From assembly GCA_039683575.1 (NCBI GenBank), contig JBDKRC010000149.1:1-61319 (forward strand): a stretch of DNA of 61,319 nt. The letters are read 5' to 3'. This DNA is from Armatimonadia bacterium (lineage in GTDB: Bacteria; Armatimonadota; Zipacnadia; Zipacnadales; UBA11051). Shown one piece after another: positions 17,487 through 25,662 of the stretch (position 1 is the first letter of the stretch; each line of letters starts with the position of its first letter). Both the position numbers and the translations under genes were made by a program. The notes below the pieces were generated by a model that was not told where the DNA came from, searched no databases, and saw only the letters and a program-made list of their open reading frames with translations.

Positions 17487-17502
17487 AACCTTGCGAAGCT
17501 AA
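17487..17502 (+). promoter_or_regulatory. Accessory att-associated motif, copy 3 (AACCTTGCGAAGCTAA)
   Basis: Ends 94 bp from the att repeat and lies just upstream of the integrase A RBS. Confidence 0.65.
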
Positions 17503-17552
17503 TCGCAGTTTTCAGGGGCTGGTGACTGTTCAGCACTTGCCGCCCACAAACG

Positions 17553-17586
17553 AAAAATGGCCCCAGAGAGCATCCTGGGGCCATTT
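17553..17586 (-). terminator. Intrinsic terminator after the tRNA, supplied by the element
   Basis: 12-bp stem AAATGGCCCCAG/CTGGGGCCATTT ending in a T-run on the minus strand. Confidence 0.8.
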
Positions 17587-17596
17587 CGGGTAAACT

Positions 17597-17673
17597 TGGT
17601 AGCGCGGAGAGGATTCGAACCTCTGACCTCAAGGTTATGAGCCTTGCGAGCTACCGGGCTGCTCCACCGCGCG
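17597..17673 (-). tRNA. tRNA-Met(CAT), initiator type
   Basis: CGCGCGGTGGAGCAGCCCGGTAGCTCGCAAGGCTCATAACCTTGAGGTCAGAGGTTCGAATCCTCTCCGCGCTACCA: cloverleaf, CAT anticodon, unpaired 1:72 and encoded CCA. Confidence 0.97.
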
Positions 17674-17680
17674 TTACCTG

Positions 17681-17712
17681 ATTATATTACCAAAATCTGT
17701 CACATAATGCAA
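17681..17712 (-). promoter_or_regulatory. tRNA promoter
   Basis: Minus strand TTGCAT...TAATATAAT, with TATAAT ending 7 nt before the tRNA. Confidence 0.65.
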
Positions 17713-17795
17713 CCCCTGTCGCTCACTTTCTCGCCATTGGGTCATAGTGGAACCAACCTGGCAGGGCATCTGTCATCCATAGAGAAATGTGTACA

Positions 17796-20522
17796 ATGCC
17801 CCGCCCGCTGCTCATCCTGTTGTGCCTTGTCTTCCCGCTCTGCGCTCTGGCGCAGCCGCGCGGCGTGAGCCGGATTGTCACCTATACATCCCCTCTGGAC
17901 AACTCCCCCCAGTCATATGGCGTATATCTGCCCGCCGCGCCCGCCCCTTCTGCAGCCGGATATCCCGCCGTGTTCCATGCGCATGGCTATGGCTGGTCAG
18001 TCAGCTCCGGCTTCTCGCAGTTTCAGAAGGATACCGCCGAGCGGTACGGCTGGGTACTGATCAATCTCAACGCCCGCGGGCCGCAGTTCTATGAGGGCGT
18101 GGGGGATGTCGAGACGCGCAACGTGCTTCGCGATGCCCACCGGCGCTTCGGGCTCGATCTTGCGCGGATCTTCATCACCGGAGGCTCGATGGGTGGCACC
18201 GGTGCCTTCCGGCATGTCATCCGATACCCGGACATGTTTGCGGCTGCGGTTGGGGTGGATGGCTGGTCAGACTACGTGGAATGGCATTATCACTGGTACG
18301 CCCGGACCGACCAGCAGAATGACATCGAGGAGGTCCGCCGGCCGCTGCTGGAGGCCTGCTCGCCACTGTACTGGGCTGGACGGGCCCGCTGGGCGCGCGT
18401 ACAGGCTTCGGTCAGCGGGCGCGATACCGTAGTCGGGCCACGCAATGGTCTCGATTTGTATGGCGCCTTGCTGGAGCGCTCGAGCAATCTACCCGGCGCC
18501 TATGACAACCGCTTGTTCGTTGATGACAATGCCGGGCATGGCGGCAGCACCCGGCTGGACCAGATCTACAACTACTTCGCCAACTACACCGGAGTCGAGC
18601 ACCCGCAGAGCTTTCTGTGCGAGACACCCATCCTGACCCACGGCAACATGTACTGGGGAAGCATGCTGCGGCAGAAGGTCCAGGGGGCGTTTTCGTCGCT
18701 GGAATCGGACGTCCAGCCGGCCAAGGATGACGCCAACGGCAAAGTCGTGACCGTGCTGACAAAGAACCTGTCAGAGTTCGCCCTGCACCTGCAAGCCTCC
18801 CCGGCCGCTGAGGCCAAGCAGGTTAGTGTGTACGTGGACGGTTTCCCTGCGTATGAGGGGCCGCCGACCGCTATCACACTGCGCGCTGACTGGTCGCCCG
18901 AGGGTGCCATGTGGGGCTGGCGTGTGGCTGAGGCGAATGGTCTGCGGAAATCCCCAGAGTTGGAAGGACCAATCGGGGAAGCGTTCAAGGTGCCCTTTAC
19001 GGTGGTGTATGGGACCGCCGGGGCACGCGCCGAGGCTGAGCAGAATCGGCGGGAGGCCCTGGACTTCGTCCACGGCTGGAATGCCTTCATGGTGCACGCT
19101 GAGGCTCTCGTGGCGGTGCCGGAGGAGAGGGTGAGCGACGTGGACGTGAAGACACGCTCGCTTGTGATCTTCGGTACCGAGGCCAGCAGCAAGCTACTAC
19201 GGGAAGCACAGGCACGCAGCGCGCTGCCGGTGCGGGTACAGTCTGGACGCGTGCTGGTGTCAGACCCACAGTGGGGCGATCGGGAGTACCTTGGCGATCA
19301 GTTTGGCGCGTTCTTGTGCTATCCCAACCCCCTGAGTGACTTCAGTACTTACCTGGTGGTGTTGCACGGGCAATGGGCGACGAAGGCCGATGGGACGGGC
19401 CGGCAGGGACTCGAGTATGACTTGGAGAAGCTCCCGTGGGCCTACCCCGACTATGTTGTGTTCAACATGGATCAGGCTCAGCTTCCACACGTGCTGAATG
19501 TGAACAACAAGCCGCCGGTCACGTGCTATGAGGCGGGGTATTTCGTCGAGAGCGGGTACTTCAGCCAGGACTGGCGGCCGTATCGGGCCGCGACGCTTGA
19601 CCGCATGCGAGCCATGAAGCTGCCTGTGAAGCGGCTGCATGTCGCGACGGTGACGTATGACCCCGGTAGTCATCGGGCGGCGGTGCAGGTCGTGGACGAG
19701 GCTAACCAACCTTTCGCTCGTGCCCGGGTGACGGCTCGCGCGGTGGACGGCCAGGCGAGGGTGACTTCTGCTCTCACCGACCAGCAGGGCTTCGCAACCT
19801 TCGCCGGCGGGGCGGAGGAAGCCAGCGTTGTCAACGTGGACGCCACTGGCGCGGTCTATGACTGGACCGCAGACTGGTGCACGTCGACCTCGGGAGCGGG
19901 CGTGGGGGTACGGGCCTTGGCCAAGGCGCCGGGTGAGGTGGCGCCGGGGCAGGTCACTGTCGAGGTGGCCGCGCCATTCGTTGCGCCCGCTACGGTCTCA
20001 GTTCAGTTCCCAGCGGGCACGGTCACTCCGGCGCAGCAGGATGTGCGGCTACTCCCAAACGTGGCGACTAAGGTAGCCTTTACCTGGGAAGCAGCCGGGC
20101 TTCCAGCCGGGGCCTATCCGGGGCTGGTGACCGTGCGGCTGCCAGACCAGGCTCTGGCACTAACGCGGCCGATTTGGCTGGAGTTGGGGAAGTGGCAGGA
20201 AAGCCCGCTGCGCCTTGTCGAACTCAAAGCCGCCGACCTGGTAGCGGGCGGGCGCTATGAAGTCACGGCGCGCCTGCTGAATACCTCGAGCAGCCCCTGC
20301 ACGGTGCCTGTGTCTTGCGCCCTACTGGAGGGGCGGCGGTATCTTCCGGCGCAGTCATTGACGGTACCGGCCGGGCAGGAGGCGACGGTGTCCTTCCGCC
20401 AGCCTTCCGGTGATCCCCCGTTGGCCCATGGGCCGCAGACGGTGCGGGTAAGCGTTCCGGGGCACTGCGGGGTTACTTCGAGTTGCGAGTTCATGGTGAA
20501 AGCAGTTAACAGTTCGCAGTGA
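17796..20522 (+). CDS. Secreted alpha/beta-hydrolase (esterase/S9 peptidase-like) with C-terminal Ig-like domains
   Basis: Signal peptide, YPAVFHAHG, GGSMGG nucleophile elbow and GHG motif. Confidence 0.8.
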   Translation: MPRPLLILLCLVFPLCALAQPRGVSRIVTYTSPLDNSPQSYGVYLPAAPAPSAAGYPAVFHAHGYGWSVSSGFSQFQKDTAERYGWVLINLNARGPQFYEGVGDVETRNVLRDAHRRFGLDLARIFITGGSMGGTGAFRHVIRYPDMFAAAVGVDGWSDYVEWHYHWYARTDQQNDIEEVRRPLLEACSPLYWAGRARWARVQASVSGRDTVVGPRNGLDLYGALLERSSNLPGAYDNRLFVDDNAGHGGSTRLDQIYNYFANYTGVEHPQSFLCETPILTHGNMYWGSMLRQKVQGAFSSLESDVQPAKDDANGKVVTVLTKNLSEFALHLQASPAAEAKQVSVYVDGFPAYEGPPTAITLRADWSPEGAMWGWRVAEANGLRKSPELEGPIGEAFKVPFTVVYGTAGARAEAEQNRREALDFVHGWNAFMVHAEALVAVPEERVSDVDVKTRSLVIFGTEASSKLLREAQARSALPVRVQSGRVLVSDPQWGDREYLGDQFGAFLCYPNPLSDFSTYLVVLHGQWATKADGTGRQGLEYDLEKLPWAYPDYVVFNMDQAQLPHVLNVNNKPPVTCYEAGYFVESGYFSQDWRPYRAATLDRMRAMKLPVKRLHVATVTYDPGSHRAAVQVVDEANQPFARARVTARAVDGQARVTSALTDQQGFATFAGGAEEASVVNVDATGAVYDWTADWCTSTSGAGVGVRALAKAPGEVAPGQVTVEVAAPFVAPATVSVQFPAGTVTPAQQDVRLLPNVATKVAFTWEAAGLPAGAYPGLVTVRLPDQALALTRPIWLELGKWQESPLRLVELKAADLVAGGRYEVTARLLNTSSSPCTVPVSCALLEGRRYLPAQSLTVPAGQEATVSFRQPSGDPPLAHGPQTVRVSVPGHCGVTSSCEFMVKAVNSSQ

Positions 20523-20550
20523 TATCAATGACGAACTATTGGAGCCCGAT

Positions 20551-21663
20551 ATGAAGAGACTTGCTCTATTGCTTGTTGTTCTGGCGACGACAACAGCTTT
20601 CGCCGTAGAACTGGTGCAGGTGACACCGCCCGCAGGCACTACGCTCACGCTCTATCCGGGGCAGACGCGGGCGCTTGTCCGGGAGACACGCCCCGTTACG
20701 CTTGCAGCCGGCGAAACCACCCTTAGCTTTTCGTGGACTAGTCCGGCCATCGATCCCGCCTCAGTCACACTGGCGCTGGCGGAGGCCGGCGTGGGTGACG
20801 CGGTGCGAGCGGGGGACGGCAAGCTCCTGCAGTGGAAGGTGACAAGCCCGCAGGCGCGCCAGGCTGAAGCCACTGTTTCCTACTCGCTCGAGGGCTGCAA
20901 ATGGGTGCCGCTCTACCAGGCGTCGCTCAGCGCCGATGGGCGGGCCAGTCTGCGGGGGTTCGTGCAGTTGACGAACGATTCCGGCGCCGCACTGAAGAAC
21001 GTCCGTGTGCAGGTCGCCATCAGTGGCCCCGGCATGATTGATGCGACTGAGCCCAGCGCCGCGGCGAAGCTATATGCGGTTGAAGAGCCTATTTCGCTCT
21101 CCCCCGGCGAGACAATCACGAGACCGTTCCTGCAGATGGAAGCTCTGCCCGCTACGCAGCGGTATGTGTACCAGGCGGACGCCTATGCAGGCAAGGTCGA
21201 GCGGTTGCTGACCCTGAACCTTCCAGACCAACTGCGCAATCTGCCGGAGGGTGCCCTGACGGTCTATGGTCCCGACGACAGCGGCATCCCCCTCTTCCGC
21301 ACTCAGCTCACGTACCAGCCCGGCCAGGAGCTTGAGATGGACCTGGGGCCCGAGCCAGATGTGATCGTCGAACGCAAGCTGATGACGACCCAGCGCACAA
21401 ACATCGAGACCGACCGCTTCGGGCGCGTGAGCGGGTCCGACACCACCGAGGAGTATCTCATCACAGCGCGTAACCGCACCGGCTGTGATCTCAACCTCGA
21501 GGTCATCGAGATGCTGCTGTCCACATGGGGACTACGGTCTCTGCCGGCTGTGGCGCGGGTGGAGCTCAACCAGGCGCTGTTCAACCTGCCTGTGACGGCG
21601 AACGGCGCGGCGGAGCTGAAGATGACACTGATTAAGCACTCGGGCACGCGGGTGAAGAAGTAA
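20551..21663 (+). CDS. DUF4139/DUF4140-type secreted protein
   Basis: TLYP...ALVRETR, IDPASV, SY....W...Y and LTNDSG patterns; signal peptide. Confidence 0.75.
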   Translation: MKRLALLLVVLATTTAFAVELVQVTPPAGTTLTLYPGQTRALVRETRPVTLAAGETTLSFSWTSPAIDPASVTLALAEAGVGDAVRAGDGKLLQWKVTSPQARQAEATVSYSLEGCKWVPLYQASLSADGRASLRGFVQLTNDSGAALKNVRVQVAISGPGMIDATEPSAAAKLYAVEEPISLSPGETITRPFLQMEALPATQRYVYQADAYAGKVERLLTLNLPDQLRNLPEGALTVYGPDDSGIPLFRTQLTYQPGQELEMDLGPEPDVIVERKLMTTQRTNIETDRFGRVSGSDTTEEYLITARNRTGCDLNLEVIEMLLSTWGLRSLPAVARVELNQALFNLPVTANGAAELKMTLIKHSGTRVKK

Positions 21664-21685
21664 GCCCTCGTTAGGAGTCTGAACC

Positions 21686-22855
21686 ATGCATGTAGTTCCG
21701 GACTATGATCGCGCGCGCGCCCAGGCCGGGTTCGGCTGGTCCGCCGGCGGCTCGCAGGGCGCCCTCAGGGCCCTTACAGGCACGCCAATTCGCGACTTCA
21801 ACCTTGACCCTGACGTCTGCATAGACTGTTTCCGGCGCGGGCGACCGCTGCTGCATGAGATGTTCGGCCCTGACGTAGGCCTTCCGGGCGTGAGCACCCC
21901 CGCAGTCAGCTATGGCCATCCCAACTGTCTCGGCTCGGAGCTGCTCTTCCCCGAAAACGGCGAGGTCGCGCACACCCACATCTACGGTTCGCTTGAGCAG
22001 GCGATCAAGGCCCTGCAGGAGCCTGTTGACTGGGGCAACGCCGGCATGGCGCCCTTCTTCCTCGACTTCAGGGAGAAGCTGCAGCAGGCCTTCCCCGAGG
22101 AGAAGGTGCGGCTGAGCTTCGGCGCGGAGGGGCCCCTGACGACGGCTTACGAAGTCCGGGGCGACGGCTTCTTCATGGACGTCCACGACCGTCCGGAGTT
22201 GACCCAGGAGTTCCTGCGCGTGCTGGTGGACAACACACTGGATTTCCTGCGCTGGGACGCCCTGGTGAATGAGCGCCCGGCCATGAATCCCACTGGCTCC
22301 GGGATCTGCGATGACATCGCCAGTTTCATCAGTCCGGCCCTCTTCCCCACCATTGTCATCCCCGCCTGGGAGCAGTACTACTCCGGGCAGACCACCGGCA
22401 AGCGTAGCGCACATGTCGAAGACCTGAACCCGGCGCAGCTACCCTTCCTCGAGACTATCGGCCTGAGCAGCTTCGACCCCTCGATCTCACCCAAGCTCAC
22501 GCCACGCTTAGTCGCCGATCACTGCCGCGTGCCCTTCGTCTGGCGTCTCGGCGGCTTCCACTACCGCGAGATGGACGAGCAAGAGGTCGAGGACTTCGTC
22601 TTCCAGTCCGCCGCCGATGGAGCCAGCGGGGTCACGACTGTCATTGAGGAAGTCATGTGCACGGAGGCCAACGCAGCCAAGGTTCAAGCCTTCATCCGCG
22701 CCGGCAAAGAGGCTAAGGCGCTGCTTGAGCAAGGCTGCAGCCGCGAGGAACTCGGCGAGCGCGTCTCGCCGGCCGGACGAGAGAAGCTGTGGGACAAGTG
22801 GTGCGGGTATAACGGCCCGCAAAGCAGTCGAGGCGGGGCGCGCGTGAGCGCCTGA
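21686..22855 (+). CDS. Uroporphyrinogen decarboxylase-like (URO-D/MtaA superfamily) protein
   Basis: EGPLTTA...RG..FFMD..DRPE and ICDD...FISP..F...VIP motifs. Confidence 0.65.
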   Translation: MHVVPDYDRARAQAGFGWSAGGSQGALRALTGTPIRDFNLDPDVCIDCFRRGRPLLHEMFGPDVGLPGVSTPAVSYGHPNCLGSELLFPENGEVAHTHIYGSLEQAIKALQEPVDWGNAGMAPFFLDFREKLQQAFPEEKVRLSFGAEGPLTTAYEVRGDGFFMDVHDRPELTQEFLRVLVDNTLDFLRWDALVNERPAMNPTGSGICDDIASFISPALFPTIVIPAWEQYYSGQTTGKRSAHVEDLNPAQLPFLETIGLSSFDPSISPKLTPRLVADHCRVPFVWRLGGFHYREMDEQEVEDFVFQSAADGASGVTTVIEEVMCTEANAAKVQAFIRAGKEAKALLEQGCSREELGERVSPAGREKLWDKWCGYNGPQSSRGGARVSA

Positions 22856-22867
22856 AGGAGTGTTCCA

Positions 22868-23665
22868 ATGCGTCTGGGTTGCCATCCCTACGTCTTCAGC
22901 GAGTACGGCTACGATCATGTCACCCAGCTTGACGAGATCTGGGACATGGTCGCGGCGTGCAGCTATCCCGCCATCGAGCTGCATGCCCCGATGCTCGACC
23001 GTCCGGACTGGTATGACGCCATCATGCGCGCCGCCGAGCGCACCGGCATGGAGATCATTGGGGGCTCCAATGGCGGCAACATGAGCGATGTGGGGGAGTG
23101 GGACGCGCTGCGGGAGCGGATGGACCTCTATGCCAGCAAGCTGGGCAGACTGCCGGGGCGCAAGTGCGGCTTTACCGGCACTGGCACGCGGGTGGCCGAG
23201 CGTACGGAAGCGGAGAACCAGCAGGTGGTGCGGGCGTGGACCGAACTGGGGCAGCTTTGCCAATCACACGGGGTACAGCTCAACTACCACACCCACGGCG
23301 AGCCGCCGGCGGACGTCCAGTTCGTGGTGGACAACGTGGACCCGGCGGTCCTGGCCCTGGGGCCGGACCTCGATTGGCTGCGTTTCGGCGGGAGCGATCC
23401 CGAGACGTTCTTGCGCCAGAACGCCCCGCGGCTGGTGATGCTTCACATCCGCGACTACCACCTCGGCGGGAGCCGGACGTTTGCTCTGGGTGAGGGCGAT
23501 GCCAACTACCCGCATCTGCGCCAGGTTCTGCAGGAGATCAACTTCGACGGTGACTTCGTAGTGGAACTGGCTACACCGCCGGGACTGCCACGAGATCGGG
23601 ACCTGCGGGAGATCTTGCAGACTTCGCGCGATCATATTCGAGAGACGATGGGGCTCCAGGCTTAG
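22868..23665 (+). CDS. Sugar phosphate isomerase/epimerase (IolE/xylose-isomerase-like TIM barrel)
   Basis: LNYHTH, GPDLDW, LHIRD, LGEG and VVE motifs. Confidence 0.85.
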   Translation: MRLGCHPYVFSEYGYDHVTQLDEIWDMVAACSYPAIELHAPMLDRPDWYDAIMRAAERTGMEIIGGSNGGNMSDVGEWDALRERMDLYASKLGRLPGRKCGFTGTGTRVAERTEAENQQVVRAWTELGQLCQSHGVQLNYHTHGEPPADVQFVVDNVDPAVLALGPDLDWLRFGGSDPETFLRQNAPRLVMLHIRDYHLGGSRTFALGEGDANYPHLRQVLQEINFDGDFVVELATPPGLPRDRDLREILQTSRDHIRETMGLQA

Positions 23666-24615
23666 CGGACGAGGCAAAAGCCCCGGCCCTGTGCCTTGAC
23701 TACCTCTCGTTGCCCCAGTCCGTCCGCCGGAACGAACCAGACGGACGACCGGCGACTGCCGTCTCCCAGGTAGAGATTCCGCGTCACGAACACCCCTGAC
23801 CCATCCGGGTGCCACACCGGGTCCCCGAACCCCTCCGCTTCCCCTGCCGCGAATAGCGACTGCGGCTCCCCCTTCAGCCCCACCAGCCACACGCCTCGCG
23901 CATTCGTGTAAGCAATCCGCTTGAGGTCCGGCGCGGTAGCCACGCCAGTGATGTCACGGTCGGCCCAGTCGGGAATCTCGCTGAACTTGCCAATCTGCCA
24001 CACCAAGCGGCCTTGCGGGGTAGTCTTGCCCGCGACGATGATACTGCCATAGCGAGCTTCACGCTCAGCGGGAGCCTGTTGCCAATCCGGGGTCAGTTCC
24101 CATGTGGGCGTAGCCTTGAGCGATCCATCTGCCGCAACGTCATCCCATACGAGCGTTTCCTCGTTCACCGGGTGCATGATGTACGGCGGGGTCAGCAACA
24201 GCTTGTAGACGCTGACAAAGCCGCCGGCGCCGCTCAGCCTGATCCGCAGCAGCAAGGCCTTGCCTGACGCCGTTAGCTGCACCCGCTGCAGGGTCCAGTC
24301 CGTACCCTCGCCAAAGGGATCGAGCCCCTTGAGCAACCGCCGGTTCTCGCCTGTGCGTACATTCGCGAGGTTGAGGCTGAACTCGATCAGGTTGCCGGTA
24401 TCATCGCGGGCCTCGGTAGTCCAGGCGAGCAGCCCATCGCGCAGGGGCTTGAGCAGTTCGACATTCCGCGCCCCGGCAAGCTCTGGCGGAGCGGCAATCC
24501 CGGCCCCTTGAACCTGCACCTGCCCGTCCTCTATCCACAGGCAGTCGTGCGGCAAGATGACAGCCCCGGCCAAGGTCGCCGCCAGCACTGCCAGCACAAC
24601 CATCGTCACACGCAT
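23662..24615 (-). CDS. Secreted TolB/beta-propeller-like hypothetical protein
   Basis: Signal MRVTMVVLAVLAATLAGA; PD40-like motifs APDLKRIAY and PVWHPDG. Confidence 0.7.
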   Translation of the reverse strand: MRVTMVVLAVLAATLAGAVILPHDCLWIEDGQVQVQGAGIAAPPELAGARNVELLKPLRDGLLAWTTEARDDTGNLIEFSLNLANVRTGENRRLLKGLDPFGEGTDWTLQRVQLTASGKALLLRIRLSGAGGFVSVYKLLLTPPYIMHPVNEETLVWDDVAADGSLKATPTWELTPDWQQAPAEREARYGSIIVAGKTTPQGRLVWQIGKFSEIPDWADRDITGVATAPDLKRIAYTNARGVWLVGLKGEPQSLFAAGEAEGFGDPVWHPDGSGVFVTRNLYLGDGSRRSSVWFVPADGLGQREVVKAQGRGFCLVR

Positions 24616-24620
24616 CCGTG

Positions 24621-25637
24621 TCACTCCCACGGCTTCAGGATGATCTTCGCCGTCTCTTTGCTGGCCGACAACTCCAGCGCCTCCTGGATCTTGCTCATTG
24701 GCAGCACGTGGCTGATGAGCTGTTCGATGATCGGGGAACGCTGGATGATCTGCATGATCTTCGGGAAGTCCGCGAGATTGTAATGCCACGAGCCACGGAC
24801 GGTGAGGCCTTTGCGGATCAGGTCATTGCTCGTCCAGAGGCTCACCGGGTCGTTGCACTCGCCAATGAACGTCACCTGGCCCTTCCGGCGCGCGGCGTCA
24901 ATGCAGAGCCGTTCGGCGGGCACAGTCCCCGAGCAGTCGAGGGCGCAGTCCACGCCGACTCCGCCGGTCAACTCCATGATCTTCGGCAGCGTCGCCTCGT
25001 CGCGCGGGTCGAGGATGTGCTCCACGCCCATCTGCCGCGCGCGCTCCACCCGCCACGGCACAGACTCGACCGCGATCACCCGCGCGCCACGGTACAGTGC
25101 GTTCACAACGGCCCCCAGCCCCACAGGTCCAAGGCCAGTAATCAGGATGGTGTCGAAGCACCCGACCTGCATGGTCTGCATCGCGCCAAACGAAGGGCCG
25201 AGGCCACAGCAGGCGAGCGAGGCCAACTCATACGACACGCCGTCAGGAATCTTGGGCAGCATCCAGTCGGGCTTGAGCAGATACTGCACCATGGTCCCCT
25301 GCCCCTCGGAGGTGCCATGAAACTCCTCAAACGGGACGCAGGACTGGCAATGGATGTAGTTGCCCTCAACGCACAGCGGGCACTTGCCACAGGAGTTCAG
25401 CGGCATCACCACCACGCGATCCCCCACCTCTACACAGCCAGACTGAGCGGTGGCAACCACTTCACCCGCCGCCTCGTGCCCTACATGAGCACAGGCCCAG
25501 CCCTCGCTGAAGGCCTTGTACTCGGTGCACATCGGCGCTGCATGCACCTTGACCACGACCCACTCGCCCTTCGGCTGCGGGTCCGGGACCTCGACTATCT
25601 CTGCCTGCCGAACGCCAGTGATAGCAACCTTTTTCAT
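24621..25637 (-). CDS. Zinc-binding (MDR) dehydrogenase
   Basis: GHEAAG, CGKCPLC...C and GLGPVG motifs. Confidence 0.93.
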   Translation of the reverse strand: MKKVAITGVRQAEIVEVPDPQPKGEWVVVKVHAAPMCTEYKAFSEGWACAHVGHEAAGEVVATAQSGCVEVGDRVVVMPLNSCGKCPLCVEGNYIHCQSCVPFEEFHGTSEGQGTMVQYLLKPDWMLPKIPDGVSYELASLACCGLGPSFGAMQTMQVGCFDTILITGLGPVGLGAVVNALYRGARVIAVESVPWRVERARQMGVEHILDPRDEATLPKIMELTGGVGVDCALDCSGTVPAERLCIDAARRKGQVTFIGECNDPVSLWTSNDLIRKGLTVRGSWHYNLADFPKIMQIIQRSPIIEQLISHVLPMSKIQEALELSASKETAKIILKPWE

Positions 25638-25662
25638 GCTGCGACCTTTCGTCATAAGCTTT

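Larger units (their letters stand above)
7828..17641. mobile_element. ~9.77-kb integrative element at tRNA-fMet
   Basis: Bounded by 46-bp direct repeats, with an integrase adjacent to the tRNA, three recombinases, a Rep-like gene and visibly lower GC than the flanks. Confidence 0.93.

Noticed and set aside
7828-17641. Prophage, ICE or RIT element
   Set aside because: No structural, terminase, relaxase or T4SS genes; only two non-overlapping tyrosine recombinases, and direct tRNA-derived repeats rather than terminal inverted repeats.
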